In this document: positions 1 through 8,604 of the stretch, one piece after another | Numbering within the stretch: position 1 is the stretch's first letter | Layout: every line of letters starts with the position of its first letter | NCBI GenBank assembly: GCA_022710775.1 | Contig: JAKLGH010000001.1 | Span: forward strand, 5,824-69,823 | DNA from: Patescibacteria group bacterium | GTDB lineage: Bacteria > Patescibacteriota > Minisyncoccia > Minisyncoccales > UBA5738 | Length of the DNA stretch: 64,000 bases | Direction: 5' to 3' | Notes under the pieces: generated by a model | What the model saw: the letters and a program-made list of their open reading frames with translations, nothing else | Told to the model about the DNA's origin: nothing | Databases searched by the model: none | Translations under genes and position numbers: made by a program

Positions 1-278
1 CCAATTTCGTAGTATCCGGGATTAGACCCGGAAACAAGGTACATGAAACCGGCAATAGCCAGCGCTACCGCTGCAAAGGCGGTCGCGGCTTCAAATAGCA
101 TAAAATCCATCGTTTGCCGCAGCAAAACGAAAAACCAGCAGATGTTGCAATCGGTCTGGCCGGGACCGCCGCAGGGCACTATGCCGGCGGCTTGGGCTTG
201 AAACAGCGGAATGAAAGATAATACCGCCAGAATAGCAACGGTACCGAAAAAAAGAATTTTTTTACCAATATATTTCAT
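1..278 (-). CDS. T4SS-pilin-like (TrbC/VirB2-like) small membrane protein, N-terminal part only; the gene runs off the window edge
   Basis: Not in the ORF track because it is truncated. Hand translation from the ATG (complement of 276-278): MKYIGKKILFFGTVAILAVLSFIPLFQAQAAGIVPCGGPGQTDCNICWFFVLLRQTMDFMLFEAATAFAAVALAIAGFMYLVSGSNPGYYEIG. It has a signal peptide, a Cys-rich loop and two hydrophobic helices, the layout I recall for CPR T4SS-pilin family proteins. Confidence 0.5.
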   Translation of the reverse strand, partial: MKYIGKKILFFGTVAILAVLSFIPLFQAQAAGIVPCGGPGQTDCNICWFFVLLRQTMDFMLFEAATAFAAVALAIAGFMYLVSGSNPGYYEI

Positions 279-286
279 TGTTTTGG

Positions 287-1723
287 TCATTTCTTTAACG
301 GGTCGGTACCGCCCATTGTTTCATTGAGATCGGGCTTACCGTCAAAATCAGTATCGGCTTCGGCCGGGTTGGTTCCAAGGTTCTTTTCCCGGATGTCGGA
401 TAGGCCGTCCATATCAAAATCCAGATCACCCTGGCCAATCGGATTCGACAAATCAGCTATTTCATCGGCATCGTTGATTCCGTCTCCATCGCTGTCTTTT
501 TTAAAACGGTCGCACCCGTAAAAGATCTCGTCGATGTCGTTTAGGCCGTCGTTATCGGTATCGTACAGATCTTGGCCTTTTTTAAGAGGATCGAATCCAT
601 TGTTCCATTCTTCGCCGTCGCTTAGCCCGTCGCCGTCGGTGTCGCTGTTGTCCGGACGGGTGCCGATCTTTTTTTCGATTTCGTCCTCAAGGCCGTCGCG
701 ATCCTGGTCATTCGCAACAGGATCCTTGCCACTGGCAACGGCCTCGCCATCATTAGTGCCGTCATTATCGGTATCGGGCTTGGAACAGGAAGATCGATAA
801 TCGTTGATTTCTTCGTTATCATTCAAGCCGTCGCGGTCGGTATCGACTGCCAGCGGATTGCAATGGTTTGCCATTTCGGCGCTGTCGGGCAAAGTGTCGC
901 CGTCCGTATCTTTTTTTGAAGGATCGGTCCCAAACCAAAGCTCCTGGTAGTCGAAAATGCCATCGGCATCATAATCAAAATTAGAATCTTCGACCATTGC
1001 CTTGCATGCCTGGCGGCCACCCTCGAATTCGATCTTTGCGCAGTCCTCGACGGTTTTGGCGGAGCGATAGGCCAGGTTGGCGTCAAAAGACCGCTGAAAT
1101 TCTTTTTCTCCCGTGCTTCCGGTGAGCTTGATCCCGTTTTTTGAAGCATATAAAATGCAAAGCTTCCCGTATTCCAGGGTTTTTATCTTGGCGCAGTAGT
1201 CAATCGGCAGGGATGTTTCCCCGTTATTTCCGACATTCGTGGCTTTGACGCGGTCAACGCATTCTTGGGTTTCGTAAACATCCTCGTCGCCGTCATCGCA
1301 TAAATCGGGGTTATTGCTGTTTATCGCGATGTCCTGAATGCAGCGCGAACGTTCGGACGCGTTAACCAGCTTTTGGCAATAGCGTCCATCCATTCGCGTC
1401 CGCGCGAGCCTAAAAAGGCAATCGGAGCGGAATGCCATATCATCGAATTCGAGACAGTCCTTGATGTTTTTTGTCGTATATAGGATTTCCGAGAGGCGCG
1501 TCCGGTCATAGCATGTTTTTCTCTTTTTTCGATCACTTATCGACGCGCAATCTCCGGGAACGTCGGGTTCTCCTTCGATCAGCTCATTGGCGTTAGCAGC
1601 GGGTCCATTGGCGGTATCTTTTGGTTTAGGCCAAAAATGAGGTATCAGCACGATCAACAGAAGAACAAGCGAAAACGCTATCAGTAAAATTCCTTTAATA
1701 TATATTTTTTTGGTTTCTTCCAT
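287..1723 (-). CDS. Membrane-anchored extracellular protein with thrombospondin type-3-like Ca-binding repeats
   Basis: 478-aa ORF with an N-terminal TM (IYIKGILLIAFSLVLLLIVLI) and a Cys-rich middle. The C-terminal half carries about 9 DxDxDGxxDxxE motifs (DTDGDTLPD, DTDRDGLNDNEE, DTDNDGTNDGE, DQDRDGLEDE, DTDGDGLSDGEE, DTDNDGLNDIDE, DSDGDGINDADE, DFDMDGLSD, DTDFDGKPD). Confidence 0.8.
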   Translation of the reverse strand: MEETKKIYIKGILLIAFSLVLLLIVLIPHFWPKPKDTANGPAANANELIEGEPDVPGDCASISDRKKRKTCYDRTRLSEILYTTKNIKDCLEFDDMAFRSDCLFRLARTRMDGRYCQKLVNASERSRCIQDIAINSNNPDLCDDGDEDVYETQECVDRVKATNVGNNGETSLPIDYCAKIKTLEYGKLCILYASKNGIKLTGSTGEKEFQRSFDANLAYRSAKTVEDCAKIEFEGGRQACKAMVEDSNFDYDADGIFDYQELWFGTDPSKKDTDGDTLPDSAEMANHCNPLAVDTDRDGLNDNEEINDYRSSCSKPDTDNDGTNDGEAVASGKDPVANDQDRDGLEDEIEKKIGTRPDNSDTDGDGLSDGEEWNNGFDPLKKGQDLYDTDNDGLNDIDEIFYGCDRFKKDSDGDGINDADEIADLSNPIGQGDLDFDMDGLSDIREKNLGTNPAEADTDFDGKPDLNETMGGTDPLKK

Positions 1724-2016
1724 TTTAAAATTTTCGCCTAATCAAAATTATATTCTTAAAATATGCCGCCGATCGGTGTTTTAACCTTGTTTCGTCTTTT
1801 GAACGGAAAAATTGTCTAAAAAATACCTAAGGTCTAATGAGAAAATTAGGCCATTATTTTCAAACACCCGCTTTGCATTGGGTTCTAATCAGCAGAATAA
1901 TGCCCCTTATTCCTATATTATACGTATATTGTTTTGAAAACTCAATTCATTAGGTTATAATATCTTAATGGGATTTTAATATTTTTGATTTTGTAAGTTT
2001 ACAAAACAAAGAACCT

Positions 2017-3930
2017 ATGAAAGCTTTCGAATACAATTTTAATCCGCAGACGTCCGGTTATTTTTTTGACAGTTTTTCGTTTGAGCCAGAAAGCGGCCAT
2101 GAGAAATCGCTGGGCAGCCTTTATATGGTCGGTATTTTAAGCAATGCCCAGCAAAATGACGAGTTTTTCCTTTCCAATCTTGCCAAGAAAATAAGGGAAA
2201 ACCATTACCAGTCCAAAAGCAAGGACCTAGAAACTGCTTTGAATGAAAGTTTACAGCTGGCCAACCAGCATCTTGAAGCTTTGGTGAAAAGCGATTGCGC
2301 CGGCTGGATCAATAACCTTGGTTTTGCGGTAATAGGCATTAAAAACCGGTCAATCAATTTCACAAAGACCGGCCCGGTCAGGATTTTGCTGCTTAGGCAA
2401 GGCGGCGTCATTGATCTTGAGGAAGGAATCGATTTTCCGGAAATGGAAACATGCCCATTGAGGGTTTTTGGCAATTTGGCGATCGGTAAGCTTGAAGAAG
2501 GCGATGCGATAATGGCCGCCACGAACGGAATTGCGGATTTTTTAACGAAGCAGAAAATGGACGTCGATATAGCGGGGCTGGTCGCGCCTGAAAACGCGGA
2601 ACAGAAATTAGACGAAAAAAAATTAGAAAATCTGTTTTCTTCGCACCGGACCGAACTTGGCCAGGTGCCCGGTTCTTGCCTGATAGTGAGTTTAAGGAAA
2701 AACGAAGCGCCGGAAGCCGCAGCCGGATTTTTACCGGCCGCGAATTTAAAGAAGATGGCGCTTCGAGACGCGTTTAAGCCGACTTCTTTATCATCTCCCG
2801 TAAATACTCCTAAGCTTTCTCTGCCATCCGTCCCGCGCCTGCCGTTATTGAAAGCGGGAGCCATAATTCTGGTTATCGCCGCCATCGCCGCCGGCGGATA
2901 CCTTTACCTTCTTAACGAGAATCAAAAGAAAACGCGCGCAACCAGCGATGCTTTTTACGCCATTGAGAATAAGGTAGCTCAAGCTAAAGGCTACCAAGAT
3001 GGCGGCCAAGCCGTTGAAGCAAGCAATCTTTTGCAGGCCAGCCTGCAGGAATTGTCGGTTCTTGAAAGCCAAGCTTCATTGACCCCCGAACTCAAAGAAC
3101 AGGTCCAAGAGCTTAAAGCGCAGATCGGCGATAATATGGACAGCTTGAATAAAGTGGAAGAAACGGCCGCAATCGAACCGCTTTTCGATCTAAAGGATAG
3201 CGGGATCGATCCCCAAAAGCTTTTGCGCTTCAACGGAGAATTTTATTTTTTTGATCCCAAGGTGCAAAACATCTATTATTTGGATAAAAACAATTCGGCA
3301 AAATCCGTTGCCGGCCAGGTGAACTTTGATTCCGCGGCGGCCGGGGCAGAATCCCTTCTTTTTTTCGCCAAACCGAATCTTTTCTCCTATTACTCGAAAG
3401 GAGAGTTCTCTAAAGTAATTACCCTTAAAGACCCTTACGCCGGATATGCTTATGAAGATTTTTATACCTATGCCCAAAATCTTTACCTTATCGATAAGAA
3501 CAGCGGAAAGATCGTTAAATATCCGCATCTTGGCGGGGATTCCTGGGCTTTGCCGCAAGTCTGGCTGAATGCCGATCCGTCAAAACTGGCGATGTTTGCG
3601 TCGATGGCCTTTGATAAAAGCGCCTGGATTCTTAATAAGGATGGTTCTGTTGATAAATATTATTTGGGAAAGCTGGAAACTACGTTTAAAGCCAACTATT
3701 TTCCCGCTCCCGGACAGCCTGCTAAGATAGTAACTTCATTAGATAATCCCAATCTGTATATATTGGATAAAAATCCGCCGCGAATCGTTGTTATGGACAA
3801 GAACGGAACACTGCTAAGACAGGTTAAAAGCAGCCAGTTTAACGACATCCGCGATATCGCAGTTTCCGATGACGGTAAAAATATCTGGATTCTTAACGGA
3901 ACAGCGCTTTACAGGGTGGGCGCGGATTAA
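2017..3930 (+). CDS. Bitopic membrane protein with a cytoplasmic N-domain (weak PP2C/SpoIIE-like pattern), a central TM and a C-terminal beta-propeller-like repeat region
   Basis: 637-aa ORF with a TM segment AGAIILVIAAIAAGGYLYLL near aa 290. The C-terminal part has recurring blade-like motifs (NIYYLDKNN, NLYLIDKNSGKIVKY, SAWILNKDGSVDKYY, NLYILDKNPPRIVVMDKNG, NIWILNGTALYRV). Confidence 0.6.
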   Translation: MKAFEYNFNPQTSGYFFDSFSFEPESGHEKSLGSLYMVGILSNAQQNDEFFLSNLAKKIRENHYQSKSKDLETALNESLQLANQHLEALVKSDCAGWINNLGFAVIGIKNRSINFTKTGPVRILLLRQGGVIDLEEGIDFPEMETCPLRVFGNLAIGKLEEGDAIMAATNGIADFLTKQKMDVDIAGLVAPENAEQKLDEKKLENLFSSHRTELGQVPGSCLIVSLRKNEAPEAAAGFLPAANLKKMALRDAFKPTSLSSPVNTPKLSLPSVPRLPLLKAGAIILVIAAIAAGGYLYLLNENQKKTRATSDAFYAIENKVAQAKGYQDGGQAVEASNLLQASLQELSVLESQASLTPELKEQVQELKAQIGDNMDSLNKVEETAAIEPLFDLKDSGIDPQKLLRFNGEFYFFDPKVQNIYYLDKNNSAKSVAGQVNFDSAAAGAESLLFFAKPNLFSYYSKGEFSKVITLKDPYAGYAYEDFYTYAQNLYLIDKNSGKIVKYPHLGGDSWALPQVWLNADPSKLAMFASMAFDKSAWILNKDGSVDKYYLGKLETTFKANYFPAPGQPAKIVTSLDNPNLYILDKNPPRIVVMDKNGTLLRQVKSSQFNDIRDIAVSDDGKNIWILNGTALYRVGAD

Positions 3931-3990
3931 TCCGTCCTGGATTCTTTTGCTCAGCTGATGATGCGCGGGGGGAATACGGTAACCTTAAAC

Positions 3991-4021
3991 AAAAACGCAG
4001 GACTGCCATCCTGCGTTTTTT
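3991..4021. terminator. Bidirectional rho-independent terminator between convergent genes
   Basis: AAAAACGCAGGActgccaTCCTGCGTTTTTT: a perfect GC-containing hairpin flanked by an A-run and a T-run. Confidence 0.75.
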
Positions 4022-4058
4022 ATTATCGTTCTTCTATGTTGCCGCGCTGTTGCCCTGT

Positions 4059-4796
4059 TTAAAACTTGAACAATGATGCCAGGTAGTCAGCTATCGATTG
4101 GAATAATCCTTTCTTCGGGTTTTCAGTAGTAACAGTAATGCCCGGCTTTTCTCCGTTAGCTTCTACATCGCCTTCCGGGGTGATAGTGATCTCGGGCGTA
4201 ACTTCTTTGGGAGATGCGGGCTCGATTATTGCATTTTCAGACGGCTGCTCTGCTTGATCGGATGCTTGGTTTGCAACGTCCTCCGGTTGTTGGGCTTTTT
4301 CCGCCGGTTCAGTCTTCACTTCGGCAGGCGCTTCTTTGTTTTGGCTTGCACCTTGGGATCCGGCCTTCTGGGCCATCAGCTTTTCCGTAAGAGCGTTTAT
4401 CTCCTTTTTAATTTCGGCTATTCTCTCATTAGCGTCAACTGTGGTGGCCGGAGTTTTAGCGGCAACGGTGTTAGGATGGGCGGCCACATAAGCTTGAACC
4501 TTCTGTGCCAGGATTTCTTTTTCCTTGGCGATGCGCTGGACTTCGGCGGCGATCTCGGCCAGCGTCATTTTTTTAACCGGCGCTTCGGCTTGTTTTGCTT
4601 GAATTTTCGCGGTAAGCTCGGCTATCGTTTTTTGAAGGGTATCTATCTTGGCTTTCAATTGGGCTGTTTTTGCCTGTTCATCCGCTGCTTGCGTTGAAGT
4701 GCTAGCGTCCGCGTAGGCTTTCGGTGCCGAAGCTCCCAAAAAACCGAACGCTAGCATTATTGCCGATAATACGATAATTGCTTTATTTCGCTTCAT
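4059..4796 (-). CDS. Secreted coiled-coil protein of unknown function
   Basis: 245-aa ORF with a signal peptide ending AYA-DA. A long K/A/E/Q-rich heptad-like helical region (QLKAKIDTLQKTIAELTAKIQAKQ) is followed by an acidic tail. Confidence 0.6.
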   Translation of the reverse strand: MKRNKAIIVLSAIMLAFGFLGASAPKAYADASTSTQAADEQAKTAQLKAKIDTLQKTIAELTAKIQAKQAEAPVKKMTLAEIAAEVQRIAKEKEILAQKVQAYVAAHPNTVAAKTPATTVDANERIAEIKKEINALTEKLMAQKAGSQGASQNKEAPAEVKTEPAEKAQQPEDVANQASDQAEQPSENAIIEPASPKEVTPEITITPEGDVEANGEKPGITVTTENPKKGLFQSIADYLASLFKF

Positions 4797-4905
4797 AATA
4801 TTTTATCTGCTTCCTCCCTTTTTTAAATTAACGATGATGGTTGATCCGGCAGTTTATCAGTCGACCGCGCATATTGGCGCTAAACCTAGCCGGATCGTTT
4901 CATGA

Positions 4906-5508
4906 TCATCCTTTCGAATTGTCATCTGGCTGGTCTTCTTGCGGCTTAACGGTGTCTAAGGGTTGTTTAACTTGGCTGGAATCATCGCTTTTTGCCTCTA
5001 TTTTCTTTTTCTTCAATTCTTTTTTGATGGATTTAACCTCTTCGATAACGATCAGCAGAAGCGGAATGGCAACAATGAAGAAAAAACCGATTGGTTTTCG
5101 CACAGCCGAAACCGCGTATCCTACGTAAGGTAAAGTGAGAAAAACTTTGCCGTGCACCGATTTTTCCGCAATTTCTTTGGCGTCGATTGATTCATTAGCA
5201 TCGCCTTTGGTGATGAAATATGTCTGGCCGTTAACAACTTTAACCTCCTTTATCCGATGCGTAACCGGTATTTTATCCTTGCCGATCGCGCCGTATGTAA
5301 CAACATCGCCGATCTTATATGAATCCGCCGGCTTAATCGCTACAATACTGCCGGTTTTAATCGCAGGCTCCATAGAACCCGACAGGACGGTTAACACGAT
5401 ATAATTCCCTTTAGCGGGAATTAAAGAAACCAAAAAAAATGCCGCGAACGAAAAGATCAATGATAAAAATGCATAATACAAAATATGAAAAACCGCAGAG
5501 ATTTTCAT
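4906..5508 (-). CDS. sipW: Signal peptidase I, SipW / archaeal-ER type (copy 1)
   Basis: 200 aa with an N-terminal TM, the catalytic Ser box LSGSMEPAIKTGSIV, the His box PVTHRI, and a C-terminal TM plus charged tail. Confidence 0.85.
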   Translation of the reverse strand: MKISAVFHILYYAFLSLIFSFAAFFLVSLIPAKGNYIVLTVLSGSMEPAIKTGSIVAIKPADSYKIGDVVTYGAIGKDKIPVTHRIKEVKVVNGQTYFITKGDANESIDAKEIAEKSVHGKVFLTLPYVGYAVSAVRKPIGFFFIVAIPLLLIVIEEVKSIKKELKKKKIEAKSDDSSQVKQPLDTVKPQEDQPDDNSKG

Positions 5509-5660
5509 AAGAGTTCGATCTGTCTATCCAAAAAACAGAAACAGCGGCTTTCAGCCATTAAATTTATCGTTGCGGGATGGGACTCATCCTCTTTAAGTAC
5601 TAATACCAAAGTCCGATTATTTTGTAAATGCTTTTTTACGTGATACCGGAAAAATCCGCA

Positions 5661-5776
5661 AGGCTATTATTTTATTAATTTGTAGACCCCGGGACAAGCC
5701 CTTGGAACAAATTAATGAGGAGTCCAGAGGAAACATCCTCTGGTCGCCTCCCGGGGCTCTGCCCCGGGGTAGTTAA
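5661..5776 (+). repeat. Intergenic structured element, copy A (family shared with 59790-59990 and, more distantly, 61430-61606)
   Basis: ATTTTATTAATTTGTAGACCCCGGGACAAGCCCTTGGAACAA matches the reverse complement of 59946-59989 at about 40 of 44 positions. It also shares the hairpin AGAGGAaacaTCCTCTGGTCGCC and a terminal CCCGGGGCtctGCCCCGGGG hairpin. Confidence 0.55.
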
Positions 5777-6526
5777 TTATTGTTCTTCAATGGCCGCATT
5801 GCCCAAAAATTTCTTTAAACCTTTATCGAATATTATGTTGCGGACAAAGGCTTCATAAGCAATTATCTCGGTTGGGAGATTGCTGATTGCCAAAAATTGC
5901 TTACGTTCGGTGATCGAAAAATTCCTTGATCCCAGGTTTTCTTTAATGCTGTTAAAAGGGCTTTTTAAAATTTGGCCGAATGAAGCATCGAAATTGCCAA
6001 GAACCGTCCTGTTAGGCAGCAACTCCAGAGGATTAAGAACCTGGATATACGTATCAACATATTGCAAATAGCGCACTCCGTTTATTAGCCGTGCTTGGTA
6101 GGACCCTTGGAAAACCTTGCCTGATTCGCTGTATTTAACATTGAAATAAGCGGTATAGCCATTGCCCAATTTTTTGATAAAGGCCGATATTCCTCCGGGG
6201 ATAATCTCTCTCAACAGCAAATGGTAATGGTTTGGCATCAACGCGTAGCTGACTATTTCAGCCAGCGGCTCCTGCTTGGGCCAATACTCCGGCCAACGAA
6301 AAAAATTGGGGCTGTTGAGGTTTGACCTCAACAGATTTCTCGGCGAGTATAGCTGGCGCAAAAGGTTTAGCGATGACCGGCTATCGTTAAAGAATCGTAA
6401 TATTGTGAGCATTCGCCACCGATCTTTGTCATCCAAAAAAATCGGCATTTTCCGATTGCCGCAATTATACACATGAACAAAATCTCCAACGTTAAAAGGC
6501 TCTTTCCTCATAGGACAATAGGACAC
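5777..6526 (-). CDS. REP-associated tyrosine transposase (RAYT; IS200/IS605-like Y1 HUH family)
   Basis: 249 aa with the HUH motif MPNHYHLLL and the catalytic-Tyr region YVDTYIQVLNP. The N-terminal strand FVHVYNCGNRKMPIF is present. REP hairpins lie immediately upstream, and one lies inside the ORF. Confidence 0.8.
   Translation of the reverse strand: MSYCPMRKEPFNVGDFVHVYNCGNRKMPIFLDDKDRWRMLTILRFFNDSRSSLNLLRQLYSPRNLLRSNLNSPNFFRWPEYWPKQEPLAEIVSYALMPNHYHLLLREIIPGGISAFIKKLGNGYTAYFNVKYSESGKVFQGSYQARLINGVRYLQYVDTYIQVLNPLELLPNRTVLGNFDASFGQILKSPFNSIKENLGSRNFSITERKQFLAISNLPTEIIAYEAFVRNIIFDKGLKKFLGNAAIEEQ
6312..6334. repeat. REP hairpin copy embedded in-frame in the RAYT ORF
   Basis: CTGTTGAGGTTTGACCTCAACAG. 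The RAYT reading frame stays open through it (peptide ...LLRSNLNSP...). Confidence 0.85.
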
Positions 6527-6554
6527 AATTAATACGCCAATCTACCCCAAAACC

Positions 6555-6639
6555 CTGTTGAGGTCAAACCTCAACAGAAATTGGTCAAACCTCAACAGAA
6601 ATTGCCTCACAAAACTTGTTGAGGTTTGACCTCAACAAG
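6555..6639. repeat. REP cluster (2 full copies and 1 partial copy) upstream of the RAYT gene
   Basis: CTGTTGAGGTCAAACCTCAACAG (6555-6577), a partial GGTCAAACCTCAACAG (6583-6598) and CTTGTTGAGGTTTGACCTCAACAAG (6615-6639). The spacer AAATTGCCTCACAAAA is shared, inverted, with the other doublets. Confidence 0.9.
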
Positions 6640-6802
6640 TTTTGGCTTCAACAAGTAGGGTTATACTAAAGCCGCCTTCTTTGAGGAGAATTGGCGCTAA
6701 TTTGCGTTGTATTGAAACAATGCGGTTTAAATGGTCATTCTTCCCTTTTGAACCATTAATATGTCCTATGAGCAAATAAATGGCTTTAACGGGCATTTCT
6801 AT

Positions 6803-6833
6803 AACAAAAGCGCGCAGAGCTTGCCGCGCGCTT
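6803..6833 (-). terminator. Rho-independent terminator of the 6867..7868 gene
   Basis: Minus strand reads AGCGCGCggcaagctctGCGCGCTTTTGTTAT. Confidence 0.6.
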
Positions 6834-6866
6834 TCTTTGGAACGTTTTTCCTCTTAAATATATCGG

Positions 6867-7868
6867 CTAATCGGCGCTGTCGAACTCTTCGGCTGCGCCC
6901 AACACAATGATCTGTACGGCCGACATTGTTTTTTCCGTCGAGTTAACATCGATGACCCCGCGAGCTTTAACGATATCCCCCACTTCGATATCGGCGAGCG
7001 TTGCGGCAACATCGTTCTTGACAATCTTTGCGTTTGCGGCGGGCGTTACGATGTAATCACCCGTATTTTTTCCGTTATTTACCGTAACCGTGATAGATGT
7101 GCCCGAAGCGGCTGAAACGGTGCCGGTAACCGCCAAATTAAAAGACCCGGCAATGCCGATCCTGGCTGCCTCTATTTCACCGCTGGCATTAAGCGGACCA
7201 ACGGCAATAACGGCAATGCCGTTTACCAAATCGGCCTTTGCGGCGGTTTCTCCGCGTTTCTTGATTACGGTCGCGGCACTCACATTTACTTTAATCGTTC
7301 CCTGCGTCAATCCCTTTTTCTGAAGGGTGATAGTAGTGATGTCGGAGGCGGCGCCGTCGACGGCTATGATAACGCCGGCGATATGCTTGATGCCTTTAAC
7401 GCGCTTATCGCCCTCGGCAACCACAGGTTTTTTGTCGTTGATAATGATGTTAGTTGCTTCAATAATGTTGTTGGCTAAAGCGCCTTTTACTCCGATATTC
7501 TGCCCAACCTCCAAATCGGCCGTTGTTGCCGCTTCTCCATTCATGAGAGTAATTTTGGTGGCCGTGCTGATTTTAACGGTAAGAGGCGCGGCGCTATTTG
7601 CGCCGATCGTTAACGTGAGGCTGGATTTATCGGCCGCAATGTCGGAAATCTCGCCCTTTACCCCCTTGTCGGCTTTTCCCAGGCGGCTGATCAACGATTG
7701 AATCTGGTTTCTAAGCGAGTCAGCCGTTTCTTTCAGGCTGGCCATAAGGCCGGCGGAGACGGATGCCGATTCGCAATCCTTGCATTTTTGAGCGCCAGCC
7801 ACAAAGGCCGGTGCGGCAGAGGCTAAAATTACAGAACATAGAATATAAGCAATAATTTTTTTATCCAT
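6867..7868 (-). CDS. Secreted repeat protein (DUF5666-like beta domains)
   Basis: 333 aa with a signal peptide. It has four repeats of a module of about 60 aa with the pattern ...T.I....a.aadL.vG..v.v.G......ieA..I.i (for example ATKITLMNGEAATTADLEVGQNIGVKGALANNIIEATNIII). Confidence 0.55.
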   Translation of the reverse strand: MDKKIIAYILCSVILASAAPAFVAGAQKCKDCESASVSAGLMASLKETADSLRNQIQSLISRLGKADKGVKGEISDIAADKSSLTLTIGANSAAPLTVKISTATKITLMNGEAATTADLEVGQNIGVKGALANNIIEATNIIINDKKPVVAEGDKRVKGIKHIAGVIIAVDGAASDITTITLQKKGLTQGTIKVNVSAATVIKKRGETAAKADLVNGIAVIAVGPLNASGEIEAARIGIAGSFNLAVTGTVSAASGTSITVTVNNGKNTGDYIVTPAANAKIVKNDVAATLADIEVGDIVKARGVIDVNSTEKTMSAVQIIVLGAAEEFDSAD

Positions 7869-8049
7869 GCTTTTTATTTATAAAATGATCAATATTTAAA
7901 AGCCGTTGCAGCGATATATGCCGACCATTAATAAAATCGCCGATATTATGAGGCTTGATTATATTATTATAATACGATTGCCGCGAACAGCAAACAAACG
8001 AAAGCAGCTTGACAAACTAGCTTAAAATTACGTTAAATAACAACAAAAA

Positions 8050-8115
8050 CTTGTTGAGGTCAAACCTCAACAAGTTTTTGTGAGGAAATTGCTGTTGAGG
8101 TTTGACCTCAACAAG
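8050..8115. repeat. REPIN (inverted REP doublet)
   Basis: CTTGTTGAGGTCAAACCTCAACAAG + TTTTTGTGAGGAAATTG + CTGTTGAGGTTTGACCTCAACAAG. Confidence 0.9.
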
Positions 8116-8172
8116 TAGCGGGTGGATAAAATAAAGCCGCGGTTTTTCTGCCGGCGGCTTAAATATTGTTGC

Positions 8173-8550
8173 CTAAATTTGTGATAAAGCTCGTTCTCTG
8201 GCGATAAGGCTGTTATCGCGTTTCGCCTTGATGTTGGACATGATCTCGGTCATCAGATCGATAACTTCATTGTCTCCGGCATTTTTTGTGTCAACTTCGA
8301 AGTTGACAATGATATCGCCGATCTTTGGAACTTCACCGAACCTGACCGAGCCTTCAATTTTGGTGTTATCAAGGAGAACGCAATGTATCCAGTCGACAGC
8401 CAGCGAGATACCGCTGTCATCAATTGTTAAGGCTGAAAACGCTTGATTTTCTGACCTATTTATTTCGTGGAGACTCAAGATCTCAAGATTTTCCTTTTTT
8501 GAAAATTCCCGGGCTTTTTTCAAAACCAGTATATCGCCTGCATCCATCAA
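8173..8550 (-). CDS. Small cytoplasmic hypothetical protein flanked by REPINs on both sides
   Basis: 125-aa ORF with no signal peptide and no motif I recognise. A hairpin plus T-run lies downstream (about 8134-8160, minus strand). Confidence 0.5.
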   Translation of the reverse strand: MMDAGDILVLKKAREFSKKENLEILSLHEINRSENQAFSALTIDDSGISLAVDWIHCVLLDNTKIEGSVRFGEVPKIGDIIVNFEVDTKNAGDNEVIDLMTEIMSNIKAKRDNSLIARERALSQI

Positions 8551-8604
8551 AATTCACCATCAACATTATATAATGTTTGCTTAATATCGTCAAGGGAAAT
8601 TTAG

